64,000 nucleotides of DNA from Eledone cirrhosa (lineage: Eukaryota). Below the pieces are notes generated by a model. The model saw nothing but the letters and a program-made list of their open reading frames with translations. It was not told the DNA's origin and did not search any database. This document shows, piece by piece, positions 42,359 through 56,584 of the stretch. The translations under genes were made by a program, and so were the position numbers. The first letter of the stretch is position 1. Every line of letters begins with the position of its first letter. The DNA is taken from positions 279,310,001-279,374,000 of the forward strand of contig OZ024740.1 in NCBI GenBank assembly GCA_964016885.1. Direction: 5' to 3'.

Positions 42359-42438
42359 AAAGCGAAACGTATAAATAAAGATTAATGTAATGAATTTAAA
42401 AAGCATAGAGATTTGAAACCGCGTCTATTTGTTATTTT
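42359..42438 (+). repeat. 80-bp AT-rich island, copy 14 (ATTTAAAA variant)
   Basis: G>A in the first ATTTGAAA. Confidence 0.95.
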
Positions 42439-45400
42439 CGTAAGTCGAAACACTCGTAAGCCGAAACACTCGTGAGCCGAAACACTCGTAAGTCGGAACA
42501 CTCGTAAGACAGAACACTCGTAAGTCAGAACACTCGTAAGTTAGAACACTCGTAAGTCAGAACACTCGTAAGTCGAAACACTCGTATCGAAACACTCGTA
42601 TGTCAAAACACCAGTAAGTCAAAACACTCGTAAGTCGAAACAATCGTAAGCCGAAACACCGTAAGTCAAAACACTCGTAAGTCGAAACACTCGTAAGTCG
42701 AAACACTCGTAAGTCGAAACACTCGTAAGCCGAAACACTCGTAAGCCGAAACACTCGTAAGTCGGAACACTCGTAAGTCTGAACACTCGTATGTCGAAAC
42801 ATCCGTAAATCAGAACACTCGTAAGTCAAAACACTCGTAAGTCGAAACACTCGTAATCCAAAAATACTCGTAAGTCGAAACACCCTTAAGTCAAAACAGT
42901 CGTAAGCCGAAACGCCCGTAAGTCAAAACACCCGTAAGTCGAAACACTCGTAAGTCGAAACACTCGTACGCCGAAACACTCGTAAGTAAAAACATTAGTA
43001 AATCGAAACACTCGTAAGCCGAAAGACTCGTAAGTCGAAACACTCGTAAGCCGAAACACCCGTAAGTCAAAACATTCGTAAGTCAAAACACTCGTAAGTC
43101 GAAACACTCGTAAGTCGAAACACTCGTAAGTCAAAACTCTCGTACGCCGAAACACTCGTAAGTAAAAACATTAGTAAGTCGAAACACTCGTAAGCCGAAA
43201 CACTCGTAAGTAGAAACACTCGTAAGCCGAAACACCCGTAAGTCAAAACATTCGTAAGTCAAAACACTCGTAAGTCGAAACACCCGTAAGTCAAAACACT
43301 CGTATGTCGAAACACTCGTAAGCCGAAACACCGTAAGTAAAAACACTCGTAAGTCGAAACACCCATAAGGCGAAACACTCGTAAGCCGAAACACTCGTAA
43401 GTCGAAACACTCATAAGCCGAAACACTCGTAAGTCGGAACACTCGTAAATCAGAACACCCGCAAGTCAGAACACTCGTAAATCAGAACACTCTTAAGTCG
43501 AAACTCACGTAAGCCGAAACACTCGTAAGTCGAAACACTCGTAAATCGAAACATCCTTAATCGAAACACTCGTAAGTAAAAACATTAGTAAGTCGAAACA
43601 CTCGTAAGCCGAAACACTCGTAAGTCGAAACACCCGTAAGTCGAAATACCCGTAAGTCAAAACACTCGTGTGTCGAAACACTCGTAAACCTAAACACTCG
43701 TAAGTCGGAACACTCGTAAGTTAGAACACTCGTAAGTCAGAACACTCGTAAGTCGAAACACTCATAAGTCGAAACACTCGTAAGTCGAAACGCCCGTAAG
43801 TCGAAACACCCGTAAGTCGAAACACTCGTATGTCGAATAACTCGTAAGCCGAAACACCGTAAGTCAAAACACTCGTAAGTCGAAACACTCGTAAGTCGAA
43901 ACACCCGTGAGCCGAAACACTCGTAAGCCAAAACATTCGTAAGTCGAAACACTCGTAAGCCGAAACACTGTAAGCCAAAACATTCGTAAGTCGAAACACT
44001 CGTAAGTCGAAACACCCATAGCCGAAACACTCGTAAGTCGGAACACACGTAAGTCAGAACACCCGTAAGTCAGAACACTCGTAAGTCAGAACACTCGTAA
44101 GTCAGAACACTCGTAAGTCAGAACACTCGTAAGTCAGAGCATTCGTATCGAAACACTCGTATGTCAAAACACCCTTAAGTCAAAACACTCGTAAGTCGAA
44201 ATACTCGTAAGTCGAAACACTCGTAAGCCGAAACAATCGTAATTCAAAACACTCGTAAGTCGAAACACTCGTAAGCCAAAAATACTCGTACGTCGAAACA
44301 CCCGTAAGCCGAAACACTCGTAAGTCGAAACACTCGTAAGTCGAAACACTCTTATGTCGAAACATCCGTAAATCAGAACACTCGTAAGTCGGAACACTCA
44401 TAAGTCAAAACACTCGTAAGTCGAAACAGTCGTAAGTCGGAACACTCGTAAGTCAGAACACTCGTAAGTCAAAACACTCGTAAGTCAAAACACTCGTAAG
44501 TCTAAACACCCGTAAGTCGAAACGCCCGTAAGTCGAAACACTCATGAGCCGAAACACTCGGAAGTCGGAACACTCGTAAGTCAGAACACCCGTAAGTCAG
44601 AACACTCGTAGTCAGAACACTCGTAAGTCAAAACACTCGTAAGCCGAAACACTCGTAAGCCGAAACACTCGTAAGTCGGAACACTCGTAAGTCGGAACAC
44701 TCATAAGTCAGAACACTCGTAATCAGAACACTCGTATGTCAAAACACTCGTAAGTCGAAACATTCGTAAGCCGAAACGCCCGTAAGTCGAAACACCCGTA
44801 AGTCAAAACATTCGTAAGCCAAAACACTCGTAAGTCGAAACACTCGTAAGTCGAAACACTCGTAAGTCGAAACATCCTTAAATCGAAACACTCGTACACC
44901 GAAACACTCGTAAGTAAAAACATTAGTAAGTCGAAACACTCGTAAGCCGAAACACTCGTAAGCGGAAACACTCGTAAGTCAGAACACTCGTATCGAAACA
45001 CTCGTATGTCAAAACACCCGTAAGTCAAAACACTCGTAAGTCGAAACATTCATAAGCCGAAACACTCGTAAGCCGAAACACTCGTAAGCAAAAACATTCG
45101 TAAGTCGAAACACCCGTAAGCCGAAACACTCGTAAGTCGAAACACTCGTAAGTCGAAACACTCGTAAGTCGAAACACTCGTAAGTCGAAACACGCGTAAG
45201 TCGAAGCACCCGTAAGTCAAAACACTCGTAAATCAAAACACTCGTAAGCCGAAACACTCGTATGTCGAAACACTCGTAAGTCGAAACACTCGTAAGCCGA
45301 AACACTCGTAAGCCGAAACACTCGTAAGTCAGAACACTCGTAAGTCGAAACACTCGTATCGAAACACTCGTATGTCAAAACACCCGTAAGTCAAAACACT

Positions 45401-47249
45401 CGTAAGTCGAAACACTCGTAAGTCGAAACACTCTTATGTCGAAACATCCGTAAATCAGAACACTCGTAAGTCGAAACACTCGTAAGTCGAAACACTCGTA
45501 AGCTGAAACACTCGTAAGTCGAAACACTCGTATCGAAACACTCGTAAGTCGAAACACCCTTAAGTCAAAACACTCGTAAGCCGAAACACTCGTAAGTCGA
45601 AACACCGTAAGCCAAAACACTCGTAAGTCGAAACACCCGTAAGTCGGAACACTCGTAAGTCGAAACACTCGTAAGTCGAAACACTCGTAAGCCGAAACAC
45701 TCGTAAGCCGAGACACTCGTAAGTCGGAACACTCGTAAGTCAGAACACTCGTAAGTCGAAACACTCGTATCGAAACACTCGTAAGTCGAAACACCCTCAA
45801 GTCAAAACACTCGTAAGCCGAAACACTCGTAAGTCGAAACACTCGTAAGTCGAAACACTCGTAAGTCGAAACACCCTTAAGTCAAAACACTCGTAAGTCG
45901 AAACACTCGCCAGCCGAAACTCTCGTAAGTCGAAACACTCGTAAGCCGAAACACCCGTAAGTCAAAACATTCGTAAGTCAAAACACTCGTACGCCGAAAC
46001 ACTCGTAAGTAAAAACATTAGTAAGTCGAAACACTCATAAGCCGAAACACTCGTAAGTCGAAGCACTCGCAAGCCGAAACACCCGTAAGTCAAAACATTC
46101 GTAAGTCGAATAACTCGTAAGCCGAAACACCGTAAGTCAAAACACTCGTAAATCGGAACACTCGTAATTCACAACACCCGTAAGTCAAAACACCCTTAAG
46201 TCGAAACTCACGTAAGCCGAAACACTCGTAAGTCGAAACACTCGTAAGTCGAAACATCCTTAAGTCGAAACACTCGTACACCGAAACACTCGTAAGTAAA
46301 AACATTAGTAAGTCGAAACACTCGTAAGCCGAAACACACGTAAGTCGAAACACCCGTAAGTCGAAACCCCCGTAAGTCAAAACACTCGTGTGTCGAAACA
46401 CTCGTAAACCGAAACACTCGTAAGTCGGAACACTCGTAAGTCAGAACACTCGTAAGTCAGAACACTCGTAAGTCGAAACACTCATAAGTCGAAACACTCG
46501 TAAGTCGAAACACCCGTAAGTCGAAACACCCGTAAGTCGAAACACTCGTATGTCGAATAACTCGTAAGCCGAAACACCGTAAGTCAAAACACTCGTAAGT
46601 CGAAACACTCGTAAGTCGAAACACCCGTAAGCCGAAACACTCGTAAGCCAAAACATTCGTAAGTCGAAACACTCGTAAGCCAGAACACTCGTAAGCCAAA
46701 ACATTCGTAAGTCGAAACACTCGTAAGTCGAAACACCCATAGCCGAAACACTCGTAAGTCGGAACACACGTAAGTCAGAACACCCGTAAGTCAGAACACT
46801 CCTAAGTCAGAACACTCGTAAGTCAGAGCATTCGTATCGAAACACTCGTATGTCAAAACACCCATAAGTCAAAACACTCGTAAGTCGAAATACTCGTAAG
46901 TCGAAACACTCGTAAGCCGAAACAATCGTAATTCAAAACACTCGTAAGTCGAAACACTCGTAAGCCAAAAATACTCGTACGTCGAAACACCCGTAAGCCG
47001 AAACACTCGTAAGTCGGAACACTCGTAAGTCAAAACACTCGGAAGTCGAAACAGTCGTAAGTCGGAACACTCGTAAGTCAGAACACTCGTAAGTCAGAAC
47101 ACTCGTAAGTCAAAACACTCGTAAGTCGAAACACCCGTAAGTCGAAACGCCCGTAAGTCGAAACACTCATAAGCCGAAACACTCGTAAGTCGGAACACTC
47201 GTAAGTCGGAACACTCATAAGTCAGAACACTCGTAAGTCAGAACACTCG

Positions 47250-50200
47250 TAAGTCGAAATACTCGTAAGTCGAAACACTCGTAAGCCGAAACAATCGTAA
47301 TTCAAAACACTCGTAAGTCGAAACACTCGTAAGCCAAAAATACTCGTACGTCGAAACACCCGTAAGCCGAAACACTCGTAAGTCGGAACACTCGTAAGTC
47401 AAAACACTCGGAAGTCGAAACAGTCGTAAGTCGGAACACTCGTAAGTCAGAACACCCGTAAGTCAGAACACTCGTAGTCAGAACACTCGTAAGTCAAAAC
47501 ACTCGTAAGCCGAAACACTCGTAAGCCGAAAAATTCGTAAGCCGAAACACTCGTAAGTCGGAACACTCGTAAGTCGGAACACTCATAAGTCAGAACACTC
47601 GTAAGTCAGAACACTCGTAAGTCAAAACACTCGTAAGTCGAAACACTCGTAAGCCGAAACACCCGTAAGTCGAAACACCCGTAAGTCAAAACATTCGTAA
47701 GCCAAAATACTCGTAAGTCGAAACACTCGTAAGTCGAAACACTCGTAAGTCGAAACACTCGTAAGTCGAAACATCCTTAAGTCGAAACACTCGTAAGTCG
47801 AAACACTCGTAAGTCGAAACACTCGTAAGCCAAAACACTCGTAAGTCGGAACACTCGTAAGTCAGAACACTCGTAAGTCGAAACACTCGTAAGTCGAAAC
47901 ATCCTTAAGTCGAAACACTCGTACACCGAAACACTCGTAAGTAAAAACATTAGTAAGTCGAAACACTCGTAAGCCGAAACATTCGTAAGCGGAAACACTC
48001 GTAAGTCAGAGCACTCGTATCGAAACACTCGTATGTCAAAACACCCGTAAGTCAAAACACTCGTAAGTCGAAACACTCATAAGCCGAAACACTCGTAAGC
48101 CGAAACACTCGTAGGCAAAAACATTCGTAAGTCGAAAACCCGTAAGCCGAAACACTCGTAAGTCGAAACACTCGTAAGCCAAAACACTCGTAAGTCGGAA
48201 CACTCGTAAGTCAGAACACTCGTAAGTCAGAACACTCGTAAGTCGAAACACTCGTAAGCCGAAACACTCGTAAGTCGAAACACTCGTAAGTCGAAACACT
48301 CGTAAGTCGAAACACTCGTAAGTCGGAACACTCGTAAGTCAGAACACTCGTAAGTCAGAACACTCGTAAGTCAGAACACTCGTAAGTCCGAGCATTCGTA
48401 TCGAAACACTCGTATGTCAAAACACCCATAAGTCAAAACACTCGTAAGTCGAAATACTCGTAAGTCGAAACACTCGTAAGCCGAAACAATCGTAATTCAA
48501 AACACTCGTAAGTCGAAACACTCGTAAGCCAAAAATACTCGTACGTCGAAACACCCGTAAGCCGAAACACTCGTAAGTCGGAACACTCGTAAGTCAAAAC
48601 ACTCGGAAGTCGAAACAGTCGTAAGTCGGAACACTCGTAAGTCAGAACACCCGTAAGTCAGAACACTCGTAGTCAGAACACTCGTAAGTCAAAACACTCG
48701 TAAGCCGAAACACTCGTAAGCCGAAAAATTCGTAAGCCGAAACACTCGTAAGTCGGAACACTCGTAAGTCGGAACACTCATAAGTCAGAACACTCGTAAG
48801 TCAGAACACTCGTAAGTCAAAACACTCGTAAGTCGAAACACTCGTAAGCCGAAACACCCGTAAGTCGAAACACCCGTAAGTCAAAACATTCGTAAGCCAA
48901 AATACTCGTAAGTCGAAACACTCGTAAGTCGAAACACTCGTAAGTCGAAACATCCTTAAGTCGAAACACTCGTAAGTCGAAACACTCGTAAGTCGAAACA
49001 CTCGTAAGTCGAAACATCCTTAAGTCGAAACACTCGTACACCGAAACACTCGTAAGTAAAAACATTAGTAAGTCGAAACACTCGTAAGCCGAAACACTCG
49101 TAAGCGGAAACACTCGTAAGTCAGAACACTCGTATCGAAACACTCGTATGTCAAAACACCCGTAAGTCAAAACACTCGTAAGTCGAAACACTCATAAGCC
49201 GAAACACTCGTAAGCCGAAACACTCGTAGGCAAAAACATTCGTAAGTCGAAAACCCGTAAGCCGAAACACTCGTAAGTCGAAACACTCGTAAGCCAAAAC
49301 ACTCGTAAGTCGGAACACTCGTAAGTCAGAACACTCGTAAGTCAGAACACTCGTAAGTCGAAACACTCGTAAGCCGAAACACTCGTAAGTCGAAACACTC
49401 GTAAGTCGAAACACTCGTAAGTCGAAACACTCGTAAGTCGGAACACTCGTAAGTCAGAACACTCGTAAGTCAGAACACTCGTAAGTCAGAACACTCGTAA
49501 GTCCGAGCATTCGTATCGAAACACTCGTATGTCAAAACACCCATAAGTCAAAACACTCGTAAGTCGAAATACTCGTAAGTCGAAACACTCGTAAGCCGAA
49601 ACAATCGTAATTCAAAACACTCGTAAGTCGAAACACTCGTAAGCCAAAAATACTCGTACGTCGAAACACCCGTAAGCCGAAACACTCGTAAGTCGGAACA
49701 CTCGTAAGTCAAAACACTCGGAAGTCGAAACAGTCGTAAGTCGGAACACTCGTAAGTCAGAACACCCGTAAGTCAGAACACTCGTAGTCAGAACACTCGT
49801 AAGTCAAAACACTCGTAAGCCGAAACACTCGTAAGCCGAAAAATTCGTAAGCCGAAACACTCGTAAGTCGGAACACTCGTAAGTCGGAACACTCATAAGT
49901 CAGAACACTCGTAAGTCAGAACACTCGTAAGTCAAAACACTCGTAAGCCGAAACACCCGTAAGTCGAAACACCCGTAAGTCAAAACATTCGTAAGCCAAA
50001 ATACTCGTAAGTCGAAACACTCGTAAGTCGAAACACTCGTAAGTCGAAACACTCGTAAGTCGAAACATCCTTAAGTCGAAACACTCGTAAGTCGAAACAC
50101 TCATAAGTCGAAACACTCGTAAGTCGAAACATCCTTAAGTCGAAACACTCGTACACCGAAACACTCGTAAGTAAAAACATTAGTAAGTCGAAACACCCGT

Positions 50201-50600
50201 AAGCCGAAACACTCGTAAGCGGAAACACTCGTAAGTCAGAACACTCGTATCGAAACACTCGTATGTCAAAACACCCGTAAGTCAAAACACTCGTAAGTCG
50301 AAACACTCATAAGCCGAAACACTCGTAAGCCGAAACACTCGTAGGCAAAAACATTCGTAAGTCGAAAACCCGTAAGCCGAAACACTCGTAAGTCGAAACA
50401 CTCGTAAGCCAAAACACTCGTAAGTCGGAACACTCGTAAGTCAGAACACTCGTAAGTCAGAACACTCGTAAGTCGAAACACTCGTAAGCCGAAACACTCG
50501 TAAGTCGAAACACTCGTAAGTCGAAACACTCGTAAGTCGAAACACTCGTAAGTCGGAACACTCGTAAGTCAGAACACTCGTAAGTCAGAACACTCGTAAG
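47250..50600 (+). repeat. 1115-bp tandem higher-order repeat, about 3 copies, island-free
   Basis: ORF twins 48036/49151/50266; private marker ccgaaaaattcg at 47526, 48721 and 49836. Confidence 0.88.
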
Positions 50601-51202
50601 TCGAAACACTCGTAAGTCAGAACACTCGTAAGTCAGAACACTCGTAAGTCAAAACACTCGTAAGTCGAAACACTCGTAAGTCGAAACACTCGTAAGCCGA
50701 AACACTCGTAAGCAAAAACATTCGTAAGTCGAAACACCCGTAAGCAAAAACATTCGTAAGTCGAAACACTCATATGCCGAAACACTCGTAAATCGGAACA
50801 CTCGTAAGTCAGAACACACGTATGTCAGAACACTTGTAAGTCAGAACACTCGTAAGTCAGAACACTCGTAAGTCAGAACACTCGTAAGTCAGAACACTCG
50901 TATCGAAACACTCGTATGTCAAAACACCCGTAAGTCAAAACACTCGTAAGTCAAAACACTCGTAAGTCGAAACACTCGTAAGTCGAAACACTCGTAAGCC
51001 GAAACACCCGTAAGTCAAAACATCCGTAAGTCAAAACATTCGTAAGTCGAAACACCCGTAGTCGAAACACTCGTAAGTCGAAACACGCGTAAGTCGAAAC
51101 ACATGTAAGTCAAAACACTCGTAAGTCAAAACACTCGTAAGCCGAAACACTCGTAAGTCGAAACACTCGTAAGTCGAAACACTCGTAAGTCGAAACACTC
51201 GT

Positions 51203-51282
51203 AAAGCGAAACGTATAAATAAAGATTAATGTAATGAATTTGAAAAGCATAGAGATTTGAAACCGCGTCTATTTGTTATTTT
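51203..51282 (+). repeat. 80-bp AT-rich island, copy 15
   Basis: Matches island consensus. Confidence 0.95.
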
Positions 51283-53443
51283 CGTAAGTCGAAACACTCG
51301 TAAGCCGAAACACTCGTGAGCCAAACACTCGTAAGTCGGAACACTCGTAAGTCAGAACACTCGTAAGTCGAAACACTCATAAGTCGAAACACTCGTAAGT
51401 CGAAACACCCGTAATTCGAAACACCCGTAAGTCGAAACACTCGTATGTCGAATAACTCGTAAGCCGAAACACCGTAAGTCAAAACACTCGTAAGTCGAAA
51501 CACTCGTAAGTCGAAACACCCGTAAGCCGAAACACTCGTAAGCCAAAACATTCGTAAGTCGAAACACTCGTAAGCCGAAACACTCGTAAGCCAAAACATT
51601 CGTAAGTCGAAACACTCGTAGTCGAAACACCCATAGCCGAAACACTCGTAAGTCGGAACACACGTAAGTCAGAACACCCGTAAGTCAGAACACTCGTAAG
51701 TCAGAACACTCGTAAGTCAGAACACTCGTAAGTCAGAGCATTCTTATCGAAACACTCGTATGTCAAAACACCCATAAGTCAAAACACTCGTAAGTCGAAA
51801 TACTCGTAAGTCGAAACACTCGTAAGCCGAAACAATCGTAATTCAAAACATCGTAAGTCGAAACACTCGTAAGCCAAAAATACTCGTACGTCGAAACACC
51901 CGTAAGCCGAAACACTCGTAAGTCGGAACACTCGTAAGTCAAAACACTCGTAAGTCGAAACAGTCGTAAGTCGGAACACTCGTAAGTCAGAACACTCGTA
52001 AGTCAGAACACTCGTAAGTCAAAACACTCGTAAGTCGAAACACCCGTAAGTCGAAACGCCCGTAAGTCGAAACACTCATAAGGCGAAACACTCGTAAGCC
52101 GAAACACTCGTAAGTCGGAACACTCGTAAGTCGGAACACTCGTAAGTAAGAACACTCGTAAGTCAGAACACTCTTATGTCAAAACACTCGTAAGTCGAAA
52201 CATTCGTAAGCCGAAACACCCGTAAGTCGAAACACCCGTAAGTCAAAACATTCGTAAGCCAAAACACTCGTAAGTCGAAACACTCATAAGCCGAAACACC
52301 GTAAGTCAAAACACTCGTAAGTCAAAACACTCGTAAGTCGAAACACTCGTAAGTCGAAACACTCGTAAGCCGAAACACCCGTAAGTCAAAACATCCGTAA
52401 GTCAAAACATTCGTAAGTCGAAACACCCGTAGTCGAAACACTCGCAAGTCGAAACACTCGTAAGTCGAAACACGCGTAAGTCGAAACACATGTAAGTCAA
52501 AATACTCGTAAGTCAGAACACTCGTAAGTCAAAACACTCGTAAGTCGAAACACCCGTAAGTCGAAACGCCCGTAAGTCGAAACACTCATAAGCCGAAACA
52601 CTCGTAAGTCGGAACACTCGTAAGTCAGAACACCCGTAAGTCAGAACACTCGTAGTCAAAACACTCGTAAGCCGAAACACTCTTAAGCCGAAACACTCGT
52701 AAGCCGAAACACTCGTAAGTCGGAACACTCGTAAGTCAGAACACTCGTAAGTCAGAACACTCGTATGTCAAAACACTCGTAAGTCGAAACATTCGTAAGC
52801 CGAAACACCCGTAAGTCGAAACACCCGTAAGTCAAAACATTCGTAAGCCAAAACACTCGTAAATCGAAACACTCATAAGCCGAAACACCGTAAGTCAAAA
52901 CACTCGTAAGTCAAAACACTCGTAAGTCGAAACACTCGTAAGTCGAAACACTCGTAAGTCGAAACACTCATAAGCCGAAACACTCGTAAGTCGGAACACT
53001 CGTAAGTCAGAACACTCGTAAGTCAGAACACTCGTATGTCAAAACACTCGTAAGTCGAAACATTCGTAAGCCGAAACACCCGTAAGTCGAAACACCCGTA
53101 AGTCAAAACATTCGTAAGCCAAAACACTCGTAAATCGAAACACTCATAAGCCGAAACACCGTAATTCAAAACACTCGTAAGTCAAAACACTCGTAAGTCG
53201 AAACACTCGTAAGTCGAAACACTCGTAAGTCGAAACACGCGTACGTCGAAACACATGTAAGTCAGATCACTCGTAAGTCGAAGTAAGTCAAAACATTCGT
53301 AAGTCGAAACACCCGTAGTCGAAACACTCGTAAGTCGAAACACGCGTACGTCGAAACACATGTAAGTCAAAATACTCGTAAGTCAAAACACTCGTAAGCC
53401 GAAACACTCGTAAGTCGAAACACTCGTAAGTCGAAACACTCGT

Positions 53444-53523
53444 AAAGCGAAACGTATAAATAAAGATTAATGTAATGAATTTGAAAAGCATAGAGATTTG
53501 AAACCGCGTCTATTTGTTATTTT
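53444..53523 (+). repeat. 80-bp AT-rich island, copy 16
   Basis: Matches island consensus. Confidence 0.95.
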
Positions 53524-56504
53524 CGTAAGTCGAAACACTCGTAAGCCGAAACACTCGTGAGCCGAAACACTCGTAAGTCGGAACACTCGTAAGTCAGAAC
53601 ACTCGTAAGTCAGAACACTCGTAAGTTAGAACACTCGTAAGTCAGAACACTCGTAAGTCGAAACACTCGTATCGAAACACTCGTACGTCAAAACACCAGT
53701 AAGTCAAAACACTCGTAAGTCGAAACACTCGTAAGCCGAAACACCGTAAGTCAAAACACTCGTAAGTCGAAACACTCGTAAGTCGAAACACTCGTAAGTC
53801 GAAACACTCGTAAGCCGAAACACTCGTAAGCCGAAACACTCGTAAGTCGGAACACTCGTAAGTCTGAACACTCGTATGTCGAAACATCCGTAAATCAGAA
53901 CACTCGTAAGTCAAAACACTCGTAAGTCGAAACACTCGTAATCCAAAAATACTCGTAAGTCGAAACACCCTTAAGTCAAAACACTCGTAAGCCGAAACAC
54001 CCGTAAGTCAAAACACCCGTAAGTCGAAACACTCGTAAGTCGAAACACTCGTACGCCGAAACACTCGTAAGTAAAAACATTAGTAAATCGAAACACTCGT
54101 AAGCCGAAAGACTCGTAAGTCGAAACACTCGTAAGCCGAAACACCCGTAAGTCGAAACACTCGTAAGTCAAAACTCTCGTACGCCGAAACACTCGTAAGT
54201 AAAAACATTAGTAAGTCGAAATACTCGTAAGCCGAAACACTCGTAAGTAGAAACACTCGTAAGCCGAAACAACCGTAAGTCAAAACATTCGTAAGTCAAA
54301 ACACTCGTAAGTCGAAACACCCGTAAGTCAAAACACTCGTATGTCGAAACACTCGTAAGCCGAAACACCGTAAGTAAAAACACTCGTAAGTCGAAACACC
54401 CATAAGGCGAAACACTCGTAAGCCGAAACACTCGTAAGTCGAAACACTCATAAGCCGAAACACTCGTAAGTCGGAACACTCGTAAATCAGAACACCCGCA
54501 AGTCAGAACACTCGTAAATCAGAACACTCTTAAGTCGAAACTCACGTAAGCCGAAACACTCGTAAGTCGAAACACTCGTAAATCGAAACATCCTTAAGTC
54601 GAAACACTCGTAAGTAAAAACATTAGTAAGTCGAAACACTCGTAAGCCGAAACACTCGTAAGTCGAAACACCCGTAAGTCGAAACACCCGTAAGTCAAAA
54701 CACTCGTGTGTCGAAACACTCGTAAACCTAAACACTCGTAAGTCGGAACACTCGTAAGTCAGAACACTCGTAAGTCAGAACACTCGTAAGTCGAAACACT
54801 CATAAGTCGAAACACTCGTAAGTCGAAACACCCGTAAGTCGAAACACCCGTAAGTCGAAACACTCGTATGTCGAATAACTCGTAAGCCGAAACACCGTAA
54901 GTCAAAACACTCGTAAGTCGAAACACTCGTAAGTCGAAACACCCGTGAGCCGAAACACTCGTAAGCCAAAACATTCGTAAGTCGAAACACTCGTAAGCCG
55001 AAACACTGTAAGCCAAAACATTAGTAAGTCGAAACACTCGTAAGTCGAAACACCCATAGCCGAAACACTCGTAAGTCGGAACACACGTAAGTCAGAACAC
55101 CCGTAAGTCAGAACACTCGTAAGTCAGAACACTCGTAAGTCAGAACACTCGTAAGTCAGAGCATTCGTATCGAAACACTCGTATGTCAAAACACCCATAA
55201 GTCAAAACACTCGTAAGTCGAAATACTCGTAAGTCGAAACACTCGTAAGCCGAAACAATCGTAATTCAAAACACTCGTAAGTCGAAACACTCGTAAGCCA
55301 AAAATACTCGTACGTCGAAACACCCGTAAGCCGAAACACTCGTAAGTCGGAACACTCGTAAGTCGAAACACCCGTAAGTCGAAACGCACGTAAGTCGAAA
55401 CACTCATAAGCCGAAACACTCGTAAGTCGGAACACTCGTAAGTCAGAACACCCGTAAGTCAGAACACTCGTAGTCAGAACACTCGTAAGTCAAAACACTC
55501 GTAAGCCGAAACACTCGTAAGCCGAAACACTCGTAAGCCGAAACACTCGTAAGTCGGAACACTCGTAAGTCGGAACACTCATAAGTCAGAACACTCGTAA
55601 ATCAGAACACTCGTATGTCAAAACACTCGTAAGTCGAAACAATCGTAAGCCGAAACACCCGTAAGTCGAAACACTCGTACACCGAAACACTCGTAAGTAA
55701 AAACATTAGTAAGTCGAAACACTCGTAAGCCGAAACACTCGTAAGCGGAAACACTCGTAAGTCAGAACACTCGTATCGAAACACTCGTATGTCAAAACAC
55801 CCGTAAGTCAAAACACTCGTAAGTCGAAACACTCGTAAGTCGAAACACTCATAAGTCGAAACACTCGTAAGTCGAAACACTCGTAAGCCGAAACACTCGT
55901 AAGTCAGAACACTCGTAAGTCGGAACACTCGTAAGTCAGAACACTCGTAAGTCAGAACACTCGTATCGAAACACTCGTATGTCAAAACACGCGTAAGTCA
56001 AAACACTCGTAACTCGAAACACTCGTAAGCCGAAACACTCGTAAGCCGAAACACTCGTAAGTCGGAACACTCGTAAGTCAGAACACTCGTAAGTCAGAAC
56101 ACTCGTATGTCAAAACACTCGTAAGTCGAAACATTCGTAAGCCGAAACACCCGTAAGTCGAAACACCCGTAAGTCAAAACATTCGTAAGCCAAAACACTC
56201 GTAAATCGAAACACTCATAAGCCGAAACACCGTAAGTCAAAACACTCGTAAGTCAAAACACTCGTAAGTCGAAACACTCGTAAGTCGAAACACTCGTAAG
56301 CCGAAACACCCGTAAGTCAAAACATCCGTAAGTCAAAACATTCGTAAGTCGAAACACCCGTAGTCGAAACACTCGCAAGTCGAAACACTCGTAAGTCGAA
56401 ACACGCGTACGTCGAAACACATGTAAGTCAAAATACTCGTAAGTCAAAACACTCGTAAGCCGAAACACTCGTAAGTCGAAACACTCGTAAGTCGAAACAC
56501 TCGT

Positions 56505-56584
56505 AAAGCGAAACGTATAAATAAAGATTAATGTAATGAATTTGAAAAGCATAGAGATTTGAAACCGCGTCTATTTGTTATTTT
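56505..56584 (+). repeat. 80-bp AT-rich island, copy 17
   Basis: Matches island consensus. Confidence 0.95.
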
